Virus record (IMG/VR): IMGVR_UViG_2778261575_000004
Direction: 5' to 3' (one strand)
Source: a virus
Lineage: Duplodnaviria > Heunggongvirae > Uroviricota > Caudoviricetes
Length of the DNA: 26,181 bases
Below are positions 17,632 to 26,181 of this stretch, one piece after another (the first letter of the stretch is position 1; every line of letters begins with the position of its first letter). The notes below the pieces were generated by a model. That model was not told the DNA's origin. It worked only from the letters and a program-made list of their open reading frames with translations, and did no database searches. Both the position numbers and the translations under genes were made by a program.

Positions 17632-18282
17632 ATGAGCCTGAGTCCCGCACGGCAGCATCGCCTGCGCGTTCAGGCTGAACAGGCCGCCCGTGAGGGCGGC
17701 AGTGTTCGCCACGCGTCGGGCTATGACCTGATGCTGCTGCAACTGGCAGAAGACCGCCGCCGTCTCAAGGGCGTTCAGTCCACGGTGAAAAAAGCGGAAA
17801 TCAAGGTGGAGCTGCTGCCGAAATATGCCGCCTGGGCGGAGGGCGTCCTGGCTGGCGGAGGCGCTCAACAGGATGACGTGCTGATGTACGTGATGCTGTG
17901 GCGCATTGATGCCGGAGATTATGCCGGGGCGCTGAAGATTGGGCGTCATGCCCTGCGTCATGGCTGGGTGATGCCGCTGGGTAACCGCAACGTGCAGACC
18001 GTGCTGGCAGAGGAAATGGCAGATGCAGCGCAGAGCGCAATGCTTGCCGCCACCGGCTTTGATGCCGATCTGTTGCTGCAGACGCTGGAGCTGACAGACG
18101 GTCTGGATATGCCGGACCAGTCACGGGCGCGTCTGCATAAAGCGATTGGCGCTGTCCTGAGTGAAAGCAATCCGGCTTCCGCCCTTAATCATCTCAACCA
18201 TGCGTTACAGCTCGATCCCCGCTGTGGCGTGAAAAAAGACAAACAGCAGCTGGAGCGCAGACTGCGCAATGACAGCCGCTGA
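17632..18282 (+). CDS. M: Terminase small/endonuclease subunit (P2 gpM family)
   Basis: 216 aa; LMYVMLWRIDAGDYAGALKIGRHAL and TLELTDGLDMPDQSRARLHK resemble P2 gpM. Confidence 0.85.
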   Translation: MSLSPARQHRLRVQAEQAAREGGSVRHASGYDLMLLQLAEDRRRLKGVQSTVKKAEIKVELLPKYAAWAEGVLAGGGAQQDDVLMYVMLWRIDAGDYAGALKIGRHALRHGWVMPLGNRNVQTVLAEEMADAAQSAMLAATGFDADLLLQTLELTDGLDMPDQSRARLHKAIGAVLSESNPASALNHLNHALQLDPRCGVKKDKQQLERRLRNDSR

Positions 18283-18377
18283 CAGAACGTGCCCCCGCGC
18301 ACGGGCGGCACGGGGTGGCGAAAGGCACAGCCACATCAAAACCCCGTCCACCGCCCTTTATTTCAGGAGAAAGCAGC

Positions 18378-18842
18378 ATGAAGTTTGTTGCGCCAGAACA
18401 GGCACCGGAACAGGCGGAAATCATCAGAAATACGCCGTTCTGGCCTGATGTGGACTTGTCGGAGTTTCGCAGTGTCATGCGCACTGACGGCACGGTGACG
18501 CAGCCGCGTTTAAAGCAGGTTGCGCTGTCGGCAATTTCGGAGGTCAACGCAGAGCTGTATGAGTTTCGCAGACGTCAGCAGATGCTGGGGTATGCGTCGC
18601 TGGCTGAGGTGCCGGCGGAACAGCTGGACGGCAAAAGTGAGCGCATTCATCACTATTTCAACGCGGTTTACTGCTGGGCACGCGCCATGCTCAATGAGCG
18701 TTATCAGGACTATGACGCCACGGCGTCCGGTGTGAAGCGGGGCGAGGAACAGGCGGAAGCAAGCGGTGATTTGTGGCGTGACGCCCGCTGGGCCATCAGC
18801 CGGGTACAGGATGCGCCGCATTGCACAGTGGAGCTTATCTGA
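18378..18842 (+). CDS. L: Head completion/stabilisation protein (P2 gpL family)
   Basis: Start ATG 18378 after CAGGAGAAAGC (the ORF track begins at an upstream in-frame ATG at 18315); stop overlaps the X start. Confidence 0.8.
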   Translation: MKFVAPEQAPEQAEIIRNTPFWPDVDLSEFRSVMRTDGTVTQPRLKQVALSAISEVNAELYEFRRRQQMLGYASLAEVPAEQLDGKSERIHHYFNAVYCWARAMLNERYQDYDATASGVKRGEEQAEASGDLWRDARWAISRVQDAPHCTVELI

Positions 18843-19045
18843 TGAAAGTGCGTGCGCATCAGTATGACACGGTGGACGCGCTTTGCTGGCGTCATTACGG
18901 GCGCACGCAGGGTGTCACGGAGCAGGTACTGAAGGCAAATCCGGGGCTTGCCGAATACGGCCCCTTTTTACCTCACGGGCTGCAGGTGGAGCTGCCGGAC
19001 ATTCCGACAACCACCACCGTGCAGACCGTCCAGCTATGGGACTGA
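18842..19045 (+). CDS. X: Tail protein X (P2 gpX family)
   Basis: 67 aa from ATG 18842 (overlaps the L stop); the ORF track begins at an upstream ATG at 18821. Confidence 0.78.
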   Translation: MKVRAHQYDTVDALCWRHYGRTQGVTEQVLKANPGLAEYGPFLPHGLQVELPDIPTTTTVQTVQLWD

Positions 19046-19048
19046 ATT

Positions 19049-19264
19049 ATGACGCTTGAGCGAATCAGCGCCTTTATCACGTATTGCATCGCCGTCGTGC
19101 TGGCCTGGCTGGGCGATTTGTCCATCAAGGATGCCTCAACGCTGGGCGGCCTGATGATTGGTGTGCTGATGCTGGCTATCAACTGGTACTACAAACACAA
19201 AGCCTACCAGCTTCTGCGCGACGGGCAGATCTCGCGGGAGGACTATGAATCCATCAATCGTTAA
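19049..19264 (+). CDS. Small holin, probably pinholin-type (two TMDs)
   Basis: 71 aa with two hydrophobic helices (ISAFITYCIAVVLAWLG; LGGLMIGVLMLAINWYY) and a charged C-terminus; directly upstream of a SAR-type endolysin. Confidence 0.6.
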   Translation: MTLERISAFITYCIAVVLAWLGDLSIKDASTLGGLMIGVLMLAINWYYKHKAYQLLRDGQISREDYESINR

Positions 19265-19757
19265 ACGCTGTCTTGTCGGGGTCGTGCTGGCTATTGCTGC
19301 CACGCTGCCGGGTTTTCAGCAGCTTCACACCTCCGTGGAGGGACTGAAACTGATTGCCGATTACGAAGGCTGTCGTCTGCAGCCGTATCAGTGCAGCGCG
19401 GGTGTCTGGACCGACGGCATTGGTAATACATCGGGCGTCATTCCCGGCAAAACAATCACGGAACGACAGGCAGCAGAAGGGCTGATCTCCAACGTGCTGC
19501 GTGTGGAGCGGGCACTGGAAAGGTGTGTGAAGCAACAGCCACCACAGAAGGTGTATGACGCTACGGTGTCGTTTGCCTTCAACGTGGGGACGGGCAATGC
19601 CTGTAGTTCCACGCTGGTGAAATTGCTCAATCAGCGGCGCTGGGCGGATGCGTGCCGACAGTTGCCGCGCTGGGTTTATGTAAAAGGTGTGTTTAATCAG
19701 GGGCTGGATAACCGCCGTGCGCGGGAGATGGCCTGGTGTTTACAGGGAGCAAACTGA
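19245..19757 (+). CDS. SAR endolysin (lysozyme, T4-lysozyme/GH24-like with N-terminal signal-anchor-release domain)
   Basis: 170 aa; N-terminal weakly hydrophobic Gly/Ala-rich segment (LVGVVLAIAATLPG) then EGLKLIADYEGCRLQPYQC...GVWTDGIGNT, the E-D-T catalytic-triad region of phage lysozymes. Confidence 0.85.
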   Translation: MNPSIVKRCLVGVVLAIAATLPGFQQLHTSVEGLKLIADYEGCRLQPYQCSAGVWTDGIGNTSGVIPGKTITERQAAEGLISNVLRVERALERCVKQQPPQKVYDATVSFAFNVGTGNACSSTLVKLLNQRRWADACRQLPRWVYVKGVFNQGLDNRRAREMAWCLQGAN

Positions 19758-19758
19758 A

Positions 19759-20136
19759 ATGAAAAAGAAATTAATCAGCGGACTGTTTCTGATGTTATGG
19801 ATGGCGCTGTTAATCGCAGCAATGGTGTATCCGCAGGGGATCTTTCCGGTACTGGCAGCGTCCGGCGTTTGGGTAGCCTGTTTGCTGACATGGGCGGTAA
19901 TTCCGGTAGCACTGGCTGCGTTAATTCAGAATGGCCCGCTCTGGCAGGAGTTAAGGGCATCTTTGCTGAAGACAATTACCCGAAAAGAAAACGTATTTAT
20001 CAGTTGGGTGATGCGATTGCTGATTGTTGTAAGTCTCGCATGGACGGGGTGGGCTATTACCCTGGTCTTTTATCTACTGACCGTTATTGCCTTCTGGATC
20101 ACCCGTAATCAGATGGCGCAACAGGTAGCAGCATGA
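19759..20136 (+). CDS. lysA: LysA-like lysis accessory membrane protein
   Basis: 125 aa from ATG 19759, several predicted TM helices, positioned between endolysin and spanins as in P2. Confidence 0.6.
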   Translation: MKKKLISGLFLMLWMALLIAAMVYPQGIFPVLAASGVWVACLLTWAVIPVALAALIQNGPLWQELRASLLKTITRKENVFISWVMRLLIVVSLAWTGWAITLVFYLLTVIAFWITRNQMAQQVAA

Positions 20137-20561
20137 ACCGGTTGCTGCTGGTTGTGCTGGCGTTATTACTGGCGGCGCTGGGCTGGCAGACGTGGCGGCT
20201 GGCTGATGCCAGCCAGACCATCAGCACGCAGGCAAACGAGCTGCAGAGCAAAAGCCAGGCACTGGCAAAGAGCAACAGCCAGCTTATCAGCCTGTCCATT
20301 CTGAATGAAACCAATAACCGGGAGCAGGCGCGGCTCTATGCCGAAGCAGAACAGACCAGCGCACAGCTGAGACAACGACAACGCCGGATCGAGGAACTGA
20401 AACGTGAGAACGAGGATTTACGCCACTGGGCTGATACTCCTTTGCCTGCTGACATTATCCGGCTGCGGGAACGTCCGGTACTCACCGGAGGTGCAGCTTA
20501 CCGTCAGTGGTTGTCCGAGAGTGACGCCGTGTCGGCTGGAGCAGGCAGCACCGCGCACTAA
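20133..20561 (+). CDS. lysB: i-spanin (LysB/Rz-like)
   Basis: 142 aa, N-terminal TM anchor (LLLVVLALLLAALGW) followed by a coiled-coil-rich periplasmic region. Confidence 0.7.
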   Translation: MNRLLLVVLALLLAALGWQTWRLADASQTISTQANELQSKSQALAKSNSQLISLSILNETNNREQARLYAEAEQTSAQLRQRQRRIEELKRENEDLRHWADTPLPADIIRLRERPVLTGGAAYRQWLSESDAVSAGAGSTAH

Positions 20562-20694
20562 CGGTGATCTGAATGCGTTGCTGGATGAAACGGAGGCCGC
20601 CTGGGCGATCTGTGCAGACAAAGTGGACATGATTATTGCGTGTCAGGAGCGAAACAGTGAACAAACCACAATCCCTGCGCCACGCCCTCAATAA
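20404..20694 (+). CDS. lysC: o-spanin (LysC/Rz1-like lipoprotein), overlapping lysB in the +1 frame
   Basis: 96 aa, signal peptide with lipobox LTLSGC, Pro-rich mature region; starts inside lysB and extends past its stop (overlapped architecture). Confidence 0.65.
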   Translation: MRTRIYATGLILLCLLTLSGCGNVRYSPEVQLTVSGCPRVTPCRLEQAAPRTNGDLNALLDETEAAWAICADKVDMIIACQERNSEQTTIPAPRPQ

Positions 20695-21088
20695 AGCGGT
20701 GCCTTATGTCCGAAATAACCCGGACAAACTGCATCTGTTTGTGGATAACGGTTCGCTGGTTGCCACGGGGGCCAGCTCCATGTCATGGGAGTACCGCTAC
20801 ACCCTGAACGTGGTGATTGAGGATTTCAGCGGCGACCAGAATCTGCTGATGGCCCCGGTTTTGCTGTGGCTGCGTGATAACCAGCCCGATGCCATCAATA
20901 ACCCGGCGTTACGGGAAAAGCTATTCACCTTTGAGGTGGATATTCTGCGCAACGATGTCTGTGATATCAGCCTCAACCTGCAACTGACGGAGCGTGTGCT
21001 GGTCAGCACTGACGGCAGTGTGTCGAGCGTTGAAGCTATAGCGGAACCTGATGAACCTGAAGAAATGTGGACGGTGAAACGTGGCTGA
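20636..21088 (+). CDS. R: Tail completion protein R (P2 gpR family)
   Basis: 150-aa ORF; an alternative GTG start at 20657 has the better RBS (AGGAG). Confidence 0.8.
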   Translation: MRVRSETVNKPQSLRHALNKAVPYVRNNPDKLHLFVDNGSLVATGASSMSWEYRYTLNVVIEDFSGDQNLLMAPVLLWLRDNQPDAINNPALREKLFTFEVDILRNDVCDISLNLQLTERVLVSTDGSVSSVEAIAEPDEPEEMWTVKRG

Positions 21089-21527
21089 ACTGCAGAAAGT
21101 GGACGACTGGCTGAGTGCCTTGCTGGCGAATCTGGAGCCAGCCGCAAGAAGCCGCATGATGCGCCAGCTGGCGCAGGAACTACGCCGGACACAGCAGCAA
21201 AATATCAGAATGCAGCGCAATCCAGATGGCAGCAGTTATGAACCGCGACGGGTAACAGCACGCAGTAAAAAAGGCCGTATCAAACGTCAGATGTTTGCAA
21301 AGCTGCGCACCACAAAATACCTGAAAACTTCCGCCAGCGCCGACTCTGCCAGCGTGCAGTTTGAAGGCAAGGTACAGCGCATTGCCCGTGTTCATCACTA
21401 CGGCTTACGTGATCGCGTCAGCCGCAAAGGACCGGAGGTCCGTTACGCAGAGCGTCGCCTTCTGGGTGTAAATGATGATGTTGAGGCAATGACCCGCGAC
21501 ATGATTCTGCAATGGCTGGCGGGGTGA
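21081..21527 (+). CDS. S: Tail completion protein S (P2 gpS family)
   Basis: 148 aa, GTG start overlapping the R stop. Confidence 0.8.
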   Translation: MAELQKVDDWLSALLANLEPAARSRMMRQLAQELRRTQQQNIRMQRNPDGSSYEPRRVTARSKKGRIKRQMFAKLRTTKYLKTSASADSASVQFEGKVQRIARVHHYGLRDRVSRKGPEVRYAERRLLGVNDDVEAMTRDMILQWLAG

Positions 21528-21531
21528 TTTT

Positions 21532-21549
21532 TGTATCAGTACTGATACA
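21532..21549 (+). promoter_or_regulatory. Late-promoter activator site (Ogr/B-type) upstream of V
   Basis: Perfect dyad TGTATCAGTACTGATACA (TGT-N12-ACA) about 50 bp upstream of the V start in the S-V intergenic region. Confidence 0.55.
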
Positions 21550-21595
21550 AGTTGCAGCACTGCCGCCTTTCTTCCCCTGATGGCAACCTTTCCCT

Positions 21596-22174
21596 ATGAA
21601 CGCACAATTAACCGAAATCATGCGCCTTATCACCAACCTGATCCGCACTGGGGTAGTCACCGAAGTGGACAGGACAAACTGGCTTTGCCGGGTGAAAACG
21701 GGCGACCTTGAAACCAACTGGATCAGCTGGCTGACGCTGCGTGCCGGGAATGCCCGGACATGGTGGCGACCATCGGAAGGTGAGCAGGTGGTGCTGCTGA
21801 GTATGGGCGGTAATCTGGAAACAGCTTTTGCGCTGCCCGCCATCTATTCGAATCAGTTCGCACCACCGTCGACGTCGGCGGACGCCTGCGTGACAGAACA
21901 TCCTGACGGTGGCTGGTTTGAATACGAACCTGCCACCGGGCGCTGGTATGTCAGGGGCATCAAATCCATGGTCATTGAGGCTGCCGATAACATCACCCTG
22001 AAAACCAGTGAGTTTGTGCTGGAGGCTGAGTGCACGCGTATTAACAGCGAAGTGGTGGTCAATGGTGGCGTTACTCAGGGCGGCGGAGCGATGAGTTCTA
22101 ACGGGATCGTGGTTGATGCGCATCAGCATACTGGCGTCCTGAAAGGCGGCGATACAACCGGAGGCCCGGTATGA
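21596..22174 (+). CDS. V: Baseplate spike/assembly protein V (P2 gpV family)
   Basis: 192 aa, Gly-rich C-terminus. Confidence 0.85.
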   Translation: MNAQLTEIMRLITNLIRTGVVTEVDRTNWLCRVKTGDLETNWISWLTLRAGNARTWWRPSEGEQVVLLSMGGNLETAFALPAIYSNQFAPPSTSADACVTEHPDGGWFEYEPATGRWYVRGIKSMVIEAADNITLKTSEFVLEAECTRINSEVVVNGGVTQGGGAMSSNGIVVDAHQHTGVLKGGDTTGGPV

Positions 22175-22530
22175 CGCTTTATAGCGGGATGAACAATACC
22201 AGCGGTAAAGCCATTACTGATATTGACCATCTGCGCCAGTCGGTGCGGGACATTTTGCTGACGCCGCAGGGTAGCCGCATTGCCCGTCGGGAATATGGTT
22301 CCCTGCTGTCGGCACTGATAGACCAGCCACAAAATCCGGCATTACGCCTGCAGGTCATGTCGGCAGTGTATGTGGCGCTGAGTCGCTGGGAGCCACGGCT
22401 GACGCTGGATTCCATCACCATTAACAGCAATTTTGACGGTTCAATGGTGGTGGAGCTGACCGGGCGGCGTAATAACGGTGTGCCTGTTTCCCTTTCCGTA
22501 TCAACAGGAGCAGAGAATGGCAGTGATTGA
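22171..22530 (+). CDS. W: Baseplate protein W (gp25/GPW lysozyme-like family)
   Basis: 119 aa, ATGA-coupled to V; P2 gene order. Confidence 0.85.
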   Translation: MTLYSGMNNTSGKAITDIDHLRQSVRDILLTPQGSRIARREYGSLLSALIDQPQNPALRLQVMSAVYVALSRWEPRLTLDSITINSNFDGSMVVELTGRRNNGVPVSLSVSTGAENGSD

Positions 22531-23425
22531 CCTTTCGCAGTTGCCTGCGCCGCAGATTGTGGATGTGCCGGACTTTGAGACGCTGCTTGCCGAACGCAAG
22601 GCCGAATTTGTTGCGCTTCATCCGAAAGATGAGCAGGAAGCAGTGATCCGCACGCTGGAACTGGAATCTGAACCCGTCACCAAATTGCTTCAGGAGAACG
22701 CTTACCGTGAGTTGCTTCTGCGCCAGCGCATTAACGAAGCCGCGCATGCTGTGATGGTGGCTTACGCGATGGGCGGCGATCTTGACCAGCTCGCTGCCAA
22801 CTACAACGTGAAACGCCTGACGGTGACGCCTGCTGATAATGACGCTGTGCCACCCGTTGCGGCTGTGATGGAAAGCGATGAAGCGTTACGCCTGCGTGTG
22901 CCTGCAGCCTTTGAAGGGCTTTCTGTTGCGGGGCCAACTGCAGCTTATGAATTTCATGCCCGAAGCGCCGACGGTCGGGTGGCGGATGCCAGTGCAACCA
23001 GCCCGGCACCTGCAGAGGTGGTGCTGACTGTCCTTAGCCGCGAAGGCGATGGAACTGCAGAAAAAGACCTGCTGGACGTGGTGGAAAAAGCTCTGAACAG
23101 TGAGAACGTCCGCCCGGTGGCTGACCGTCTGACGGTTCGCAGCGCAGAAATCATCCCGTATCGCGTGGAAGCCACTATTTTTCTCTATCCGGGACCGGAA
23201 GCAGAGCCGGTAATGGCAGCGGCAAAAGCCAGCCTGCAGAAGTACATCGCCAGTCAGACGCGTCTTGGTCGGGATATTCGCCGTAGCGCCATCTTTGCCG
23301 CCCTGCATGTTGAGGGGGTGCAGCGTGTGGAGCTGGCTTCTCCTCTGGCGGATGTGGTCCTGAACAAAACACAGGCGGCATCATGTACGCAGTGGAGCGT
23401 AACCAACGGAGGAACGGATGAATAG
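22517..23425 (+). CDS. J: Baseplate protein J (P2 gpJ family)
   Basis: 302 aa from ATG 22517 (the ORF track begins at an upstream ATG at 22478). Confidence 0.88.
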   Translation: MAVIDLSQLPAPQIVDVPDFETLLAERKAEFVALHPKDEQEAVIRTLELESEPVTKLLQENAYRELLLRQRINEAAHAVMVAYAMGGDLDQLAANYNVKRLTVTPADNDAVPPVAAVMESDEALRLRVPAAFEGLSVAGPTAAYEFHARSADGRVADASATSPAPAEVVLTVLSREGDGTAEKDLLDVVEKALNSENVRPVADRLTVRSAEIIPYRVEATIFLYPGPEAEPVMAAAKASLQKYIASQTRLGRDIRRSAIFAALHVEGVQRVELASPLADVVLNKTQAASCTQWSVTNGGTDE

Positions 23426-24023
23426 TCTGCTGCCACCGGGTTCAACGCCACTGGAGCGCCGACTGGCGCAAACCTGCAGCGGGATTTCTGATCTGCAGGT
23501 GCCGCTGCGTGACTTGTGGAATCCGGCAACCTGTCCGGTCAGTTTCCTGCCTTATCTCGCCTGGGCGTTCTCTGTGGATCGCTGGGACGAGGGCTGGACA
23601 GAAAGCGTCAAACGCCAGGTAGTGAAGGATGCTTTTTATATTCATCAGCATAAAGGGACCACCAGTGCCGTGCGGCGGGTGGTGGAGCCGTTCGGCTTTC
23701 TGATCCGCATTATTGAGTGGTGGCAGACCGGAGAGGCACCGGGCACGTTTCGCCTGGATATCGGCGTGCAGGACCAGGGCATCACTGAAGATACCTATCT
23801 GGAACTTGAGCGACTGATAAGCGATGCCAAACCATGTAGCCGTCACATGATCGGCATGTCCATCAATCTACAGACCAGCGGCCCGCATTGGGTGGGGGCC
23901 GCCAGCTATCTTGGCGAAGAAATCACGATCTATCCGTATATCAACGAAACAATTATTTCTGGCGGCACCGCGCATGAAGGCGGAGCGGTCCATGTTATTG
24001 ACACAATGAGAGTGAATCCATGA
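23418..24023 (+). CDS. I: Baseplate protein I (P2 gpI family)
   Basis: 201 aa, overlaps the J stop; P2 gene order. Confidence 0.85.
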   Translation: MNSLLPPGSTPLERRLAQTCSGISDLQVPLRDLWNPATCPVSFLPYLAWAFSVDRWDEGWTESVKRQVVKDAFYIHQHKGTTSAVRRVVEPFGFLIRIIEWWQTGEAPGTFRLDIGVQDQGITEDTYLELERLISDAKPCSRHMIGMSINLQTSGPHWVGAASYLGEEITIYPYINETIISGGTAHEGGAVHVIDTMRVNP

Positions 24024-25579
24024 GCATAAAATTTTATACCCTGCTGACGGATATTGGCGCGGCGAAACTTGCCAGCGCCGCCGCGCTCGGTGTGCCTTTA
24101 AAAATTACCCATATGGCGGTCGGCGATGGCGGCGGAACATTGCCAACGCCGGACGCAAAGCAGACAGCACTGGTAAATGAGAAACGCCGGGCTGCGCTGA
24201 ATATGCTCTATATCGACCCGCAGAACAGCAGCCAGATTATTGCTGAACAGGTGATCCCTGAAAACGAGGGCGGTTGGTGGATACGTGAAGTGGGCCTGTT
24301 TGATGAGTCCGGGGCATTGATTGCCGTGGGCAACTGCCCGGAAAGCTATAAGCCACAACTGGCTGAAGGCAGCGGGCGCACCCAGACCGTGCGCATGGTG
24401 CTGATTACCAGCAGTACGGACAATATCACCCTGAAAATCGACCCTGCTGTAGTGCTGGCAACCCGTAAATACGTGGATGATAAAGTCCTGGAATTAAAGC
24501 TGTATGTGGATGACCAGATGAGAAACCACATTGCCGCACAAGATCCTCATACCCAGTATGCGCAGAAACATAATCCGACATTTACCGGAGAACCAAAAGC
24601 GCCGACGCCTGCAGCAGGAAATAACACCACTCGGATTGCGACCACAGAGTTTGTTCAGGCCGCTATTACTGCTCTGATTAACGGTGCGCCAGCCACGCTG
24701 GACACACTGAAAGAAATTGCCGCAGCCATTAACAATGACCCGAAATTCAGTACCACTATTAATAATGCGCTGGCACTGAAAGCGCCGCTGTCGAGTCCGG
24801 CACTTACCGGAACGCCAACAGCACCTACTGCGGCACAGTCGGTCAACAATACACAGATTGCCACTACGGCTTTTGTGAAATCGGCGATTGCAGGAATGGT
24901 GGGTTCTGCACCTGCGGCACTGGATACATTGAACGAACTGGCGGCGGCGCTGGGGAATGACCCGAACTTTGCCACGACAATGCTTAATGCGTTGGCAGGT
25001 AAACAACCGCTGGACAATACGCTGACTAATTTGAGTGGAAAGGATGTAGCTGGTCTTCTCGCATACCTTGGTTTGGGAGAAGGCTCTGCATTACCTGTTG
25101 GGGTGCCTGTTCCGTGGCCCTCAGCCACTCCGCCAACAGGCTGGCTGAAATGCAACGGAGCAGCTTTTTCTGCTGAAGAATACCCGGAACTGGCAAAGGC
25201 TTACCCGACAAATAAATTGCCTGATTTACGCGGTGAATTTATTCGTGGCTGGGATGATGGGCGTAGTGCGGATGCGGGGAGAACAATATTATCCGCTCAG
25301 GGCGATGCCATACGTAATATCTATGGTGAGTTCAAGACTGTAAACACCGAAAATTATTCAATATGGGAATCAGTAGGCTCATTTAAGGGGGCAGTGGTGC
25401 CTTTGAACCCCTCAACGAACAATAGTTATTTCTCCTTAGTCAGAAGTATGGTGACAGAAAGGTCCGAGGGCGGTGTTTACCCAAAAGTGATTGGCCTTGA
25501 TGCTTCAAGAATTGTTCCAACTGCAAACGAAAATCGACCCCGTAACATTGCCTTTAATTATATCGTGAGGGCTGCCTGA
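24020..25579 (+). CDS. H: Tail fibre protein H (mosaic: P2 gpH-like N-terminus, lambda Stf-like C-terminal region)
   Basis: 519 aa. N-terminal MSIKFYTLLTDIGAAKLA...MAVGDGGG matches P2 gpH; internal tail-fibre repeats (TGEPKAPTPAAGNNTTRIATTEFV / TGTPTAPTAAQSVNNTQIATTAFV; AAALGNDPNFATTM); C-terminus ends NIAFNYIVRAA, as lambda Stf does. Confidence 0.88.
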   Translation: MSIKFYTLLTDIGAAKLASAAALGVPLKITHMAVGDGGGTLPTPDAKQTALVNEKRRAALNMLYIDPQNSSQIIAEQVIPENEGGWWIREVGLFDESGALIAVGNCPESYKPQLAEGSGRTQTVRMVLITSSTDNITLKIDPAVVLATRKYVDDKVLELKLYVDDQMRNHIAAQDPHTQYAQKHNPTFTGEPKAPTPAAGNNTTRIATTEFVQAAITALINGAPATLDTLKEIAAAINNDPKFSTTINNALALKAPLSSPALTGTPTAPTAAQSVNNTQIATTAFVKSAIAGMVGSAPAALDTLNELAAALGNDPNFATTMLNALAGKQPLDNTLTNLSGKDVAGLLAYLGLGEGSALPVGVPVPWPSATPPTGWLKCNGAAFSAEEYPELAKAYPTNKLPDLRGEFIRGWDDGRSADAGRTILSAQGDAIRNIYGEFKTVNTENYSIWESVGSFKGAVVPLNPSTNNSYFSLVRSMVTERSEGGVYPKVIGLDASRIVPTANENRPRNIAFNYIVRAA

Positions 25580-26181
25580 TGGATAAAGCTATATTAAATA
25601 AGGAACTCATCGCCACAAAGGCGGGAGATATTACCGTTTATAATTATGATGGTGAAACACGAGAATATATTTCCACATCAACCGAATATCTTGCTGTGGG
25701 TGTCGGTATCCCGGCATGTTCCTGTTTAGATGCTCCTGGCTCATATAAAGCTGGTTATGCAATTTGCCGTTCTGCAGATTTTAACTCATGGGAATATGTG
25801 CCAGACCATCGCGGTGAAACGGTATATAGCACCGAAACAGGAGAATCAAAAGAAATCACAGCTCCGGGTGATTACCCTGAAAAGACAACCACTATCGCCC
25901 CGTTAACGCCATACGATAAATGGGATGGTGAGAAATGGGTGACGGATACCGAGGCACAGCATAGAGCAGCAGTAGACATGGCAGAAACACAGCGGCAGTC
26001 GCTGATTGATGCTGCAATGGTTTCCATTAGTCTGATTCAACTGAAATTGCAGGCCGGGCGGAAGCTGACGCAGACAGAAAACACCCGACTTAACGCTGTG
26101 CTGGATTACATTGACGCGGTGACGGCAACAGATACCAGCACAGCGCCGGACGTCATCTGGCCTGAACTGCCGGAGGCGTAG
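25579..26181 (+). CDS. G: Tail fibre assembly chaperone (P2 gpG / lambda Tfa family)
   Basis: 200 aa, ATGA-coupled to H; DHRGETVY, KWDGEKWVTDTEA and TSTAPDVIWPELP resemble lambda Tfa motifs; stop TAG at 26179-26181. Confidence 0.82.
   Translation: MDKAILNKELIATKAGDITVYNYDGETREYISTSTEYLAVGVGIPACSCLDAPGSYKAGYAICRSADFNSWEYVPDHRGETVYSTETGESKEITAPGDYPEKTTTIAPLTPYDKWDGEKWVTDTEAQHRAAVDMAETQRQSLIDAAMVSISLIQLKLQAGRKLTQTENTRLNAVLDYIDAVTATDTSTAPDVIWPELPEA

Larger units (their letters stand above)
1641..26181. mobile_element. P2/186-family temperate prophage, left part (att to tail-fibre assembly gene); continues past the window end
   Basis: Canonical P2-like prophage order int-cI-apl-cII-early genes-A-(tum)-hotspot-cos-Q-P / O-N-M-L-X-lysis-R-S-V-W-J-I-H-G, all recognisable from translations; att repeat at the left boundary. 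Confidence 0.92.

Noticed and set aside
24500-25000. Repetitive DNA within the tail fibre gene as a possible tandem-repeat element
   Set aside because: The repeats are in-frame protein repeats of the fibre shaft, as is usual for tail fibre genes, not a non-coding repeat array.

Overview
Enterobacterial (Escherichia-like) chromosomal window. The left edge carries csiD/glaH (minus strand) and its AT-rich promoter region. From about 1641 to the right end lies the left ~24.5 kb of a P2/186-family temperate prophage, integrated at an attachment repeat that reads as the 3' end of tmRNA (ssrA). In order: att repeat, an AT-rich cargo gene, integrase, CI-type repressor, Apl- and CII-like early regulators, small early genes (including a TraR/DksA zinc-finger protein, an ASCH/DUF3850-like protein and a Dam-type methyltransferase), replication initiator A, a LexA-controlled Tum/DinI-like module, an AT-rich accessory hotspot flanking a cos-like site, then late genes Q and P (leftward) and O N M L X, a pinholin / SAR-endolysin / LysA / spanin lysis cassette, R S V W J I, tail fibre H and tail-fibre assembly G. 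The prophage continues beyond the window. No rRNA, complete tRNA, CRISPR array or transposase was seen. The most interesting content is the uncharacterised cargo at the two classical P2 moron positions: a 216-aa membrane protein between att and int, and a 246-aa zinc-ribbon/DUF4145-like protein plus 184-199-aa and 59-aa ORFs on either side of the cos-like site. These are candidate exclusion or anti-phage defence functions, but that is inference from position, base composition and motif reading only. All protein identifications are by eye from the translations; no database search was run.
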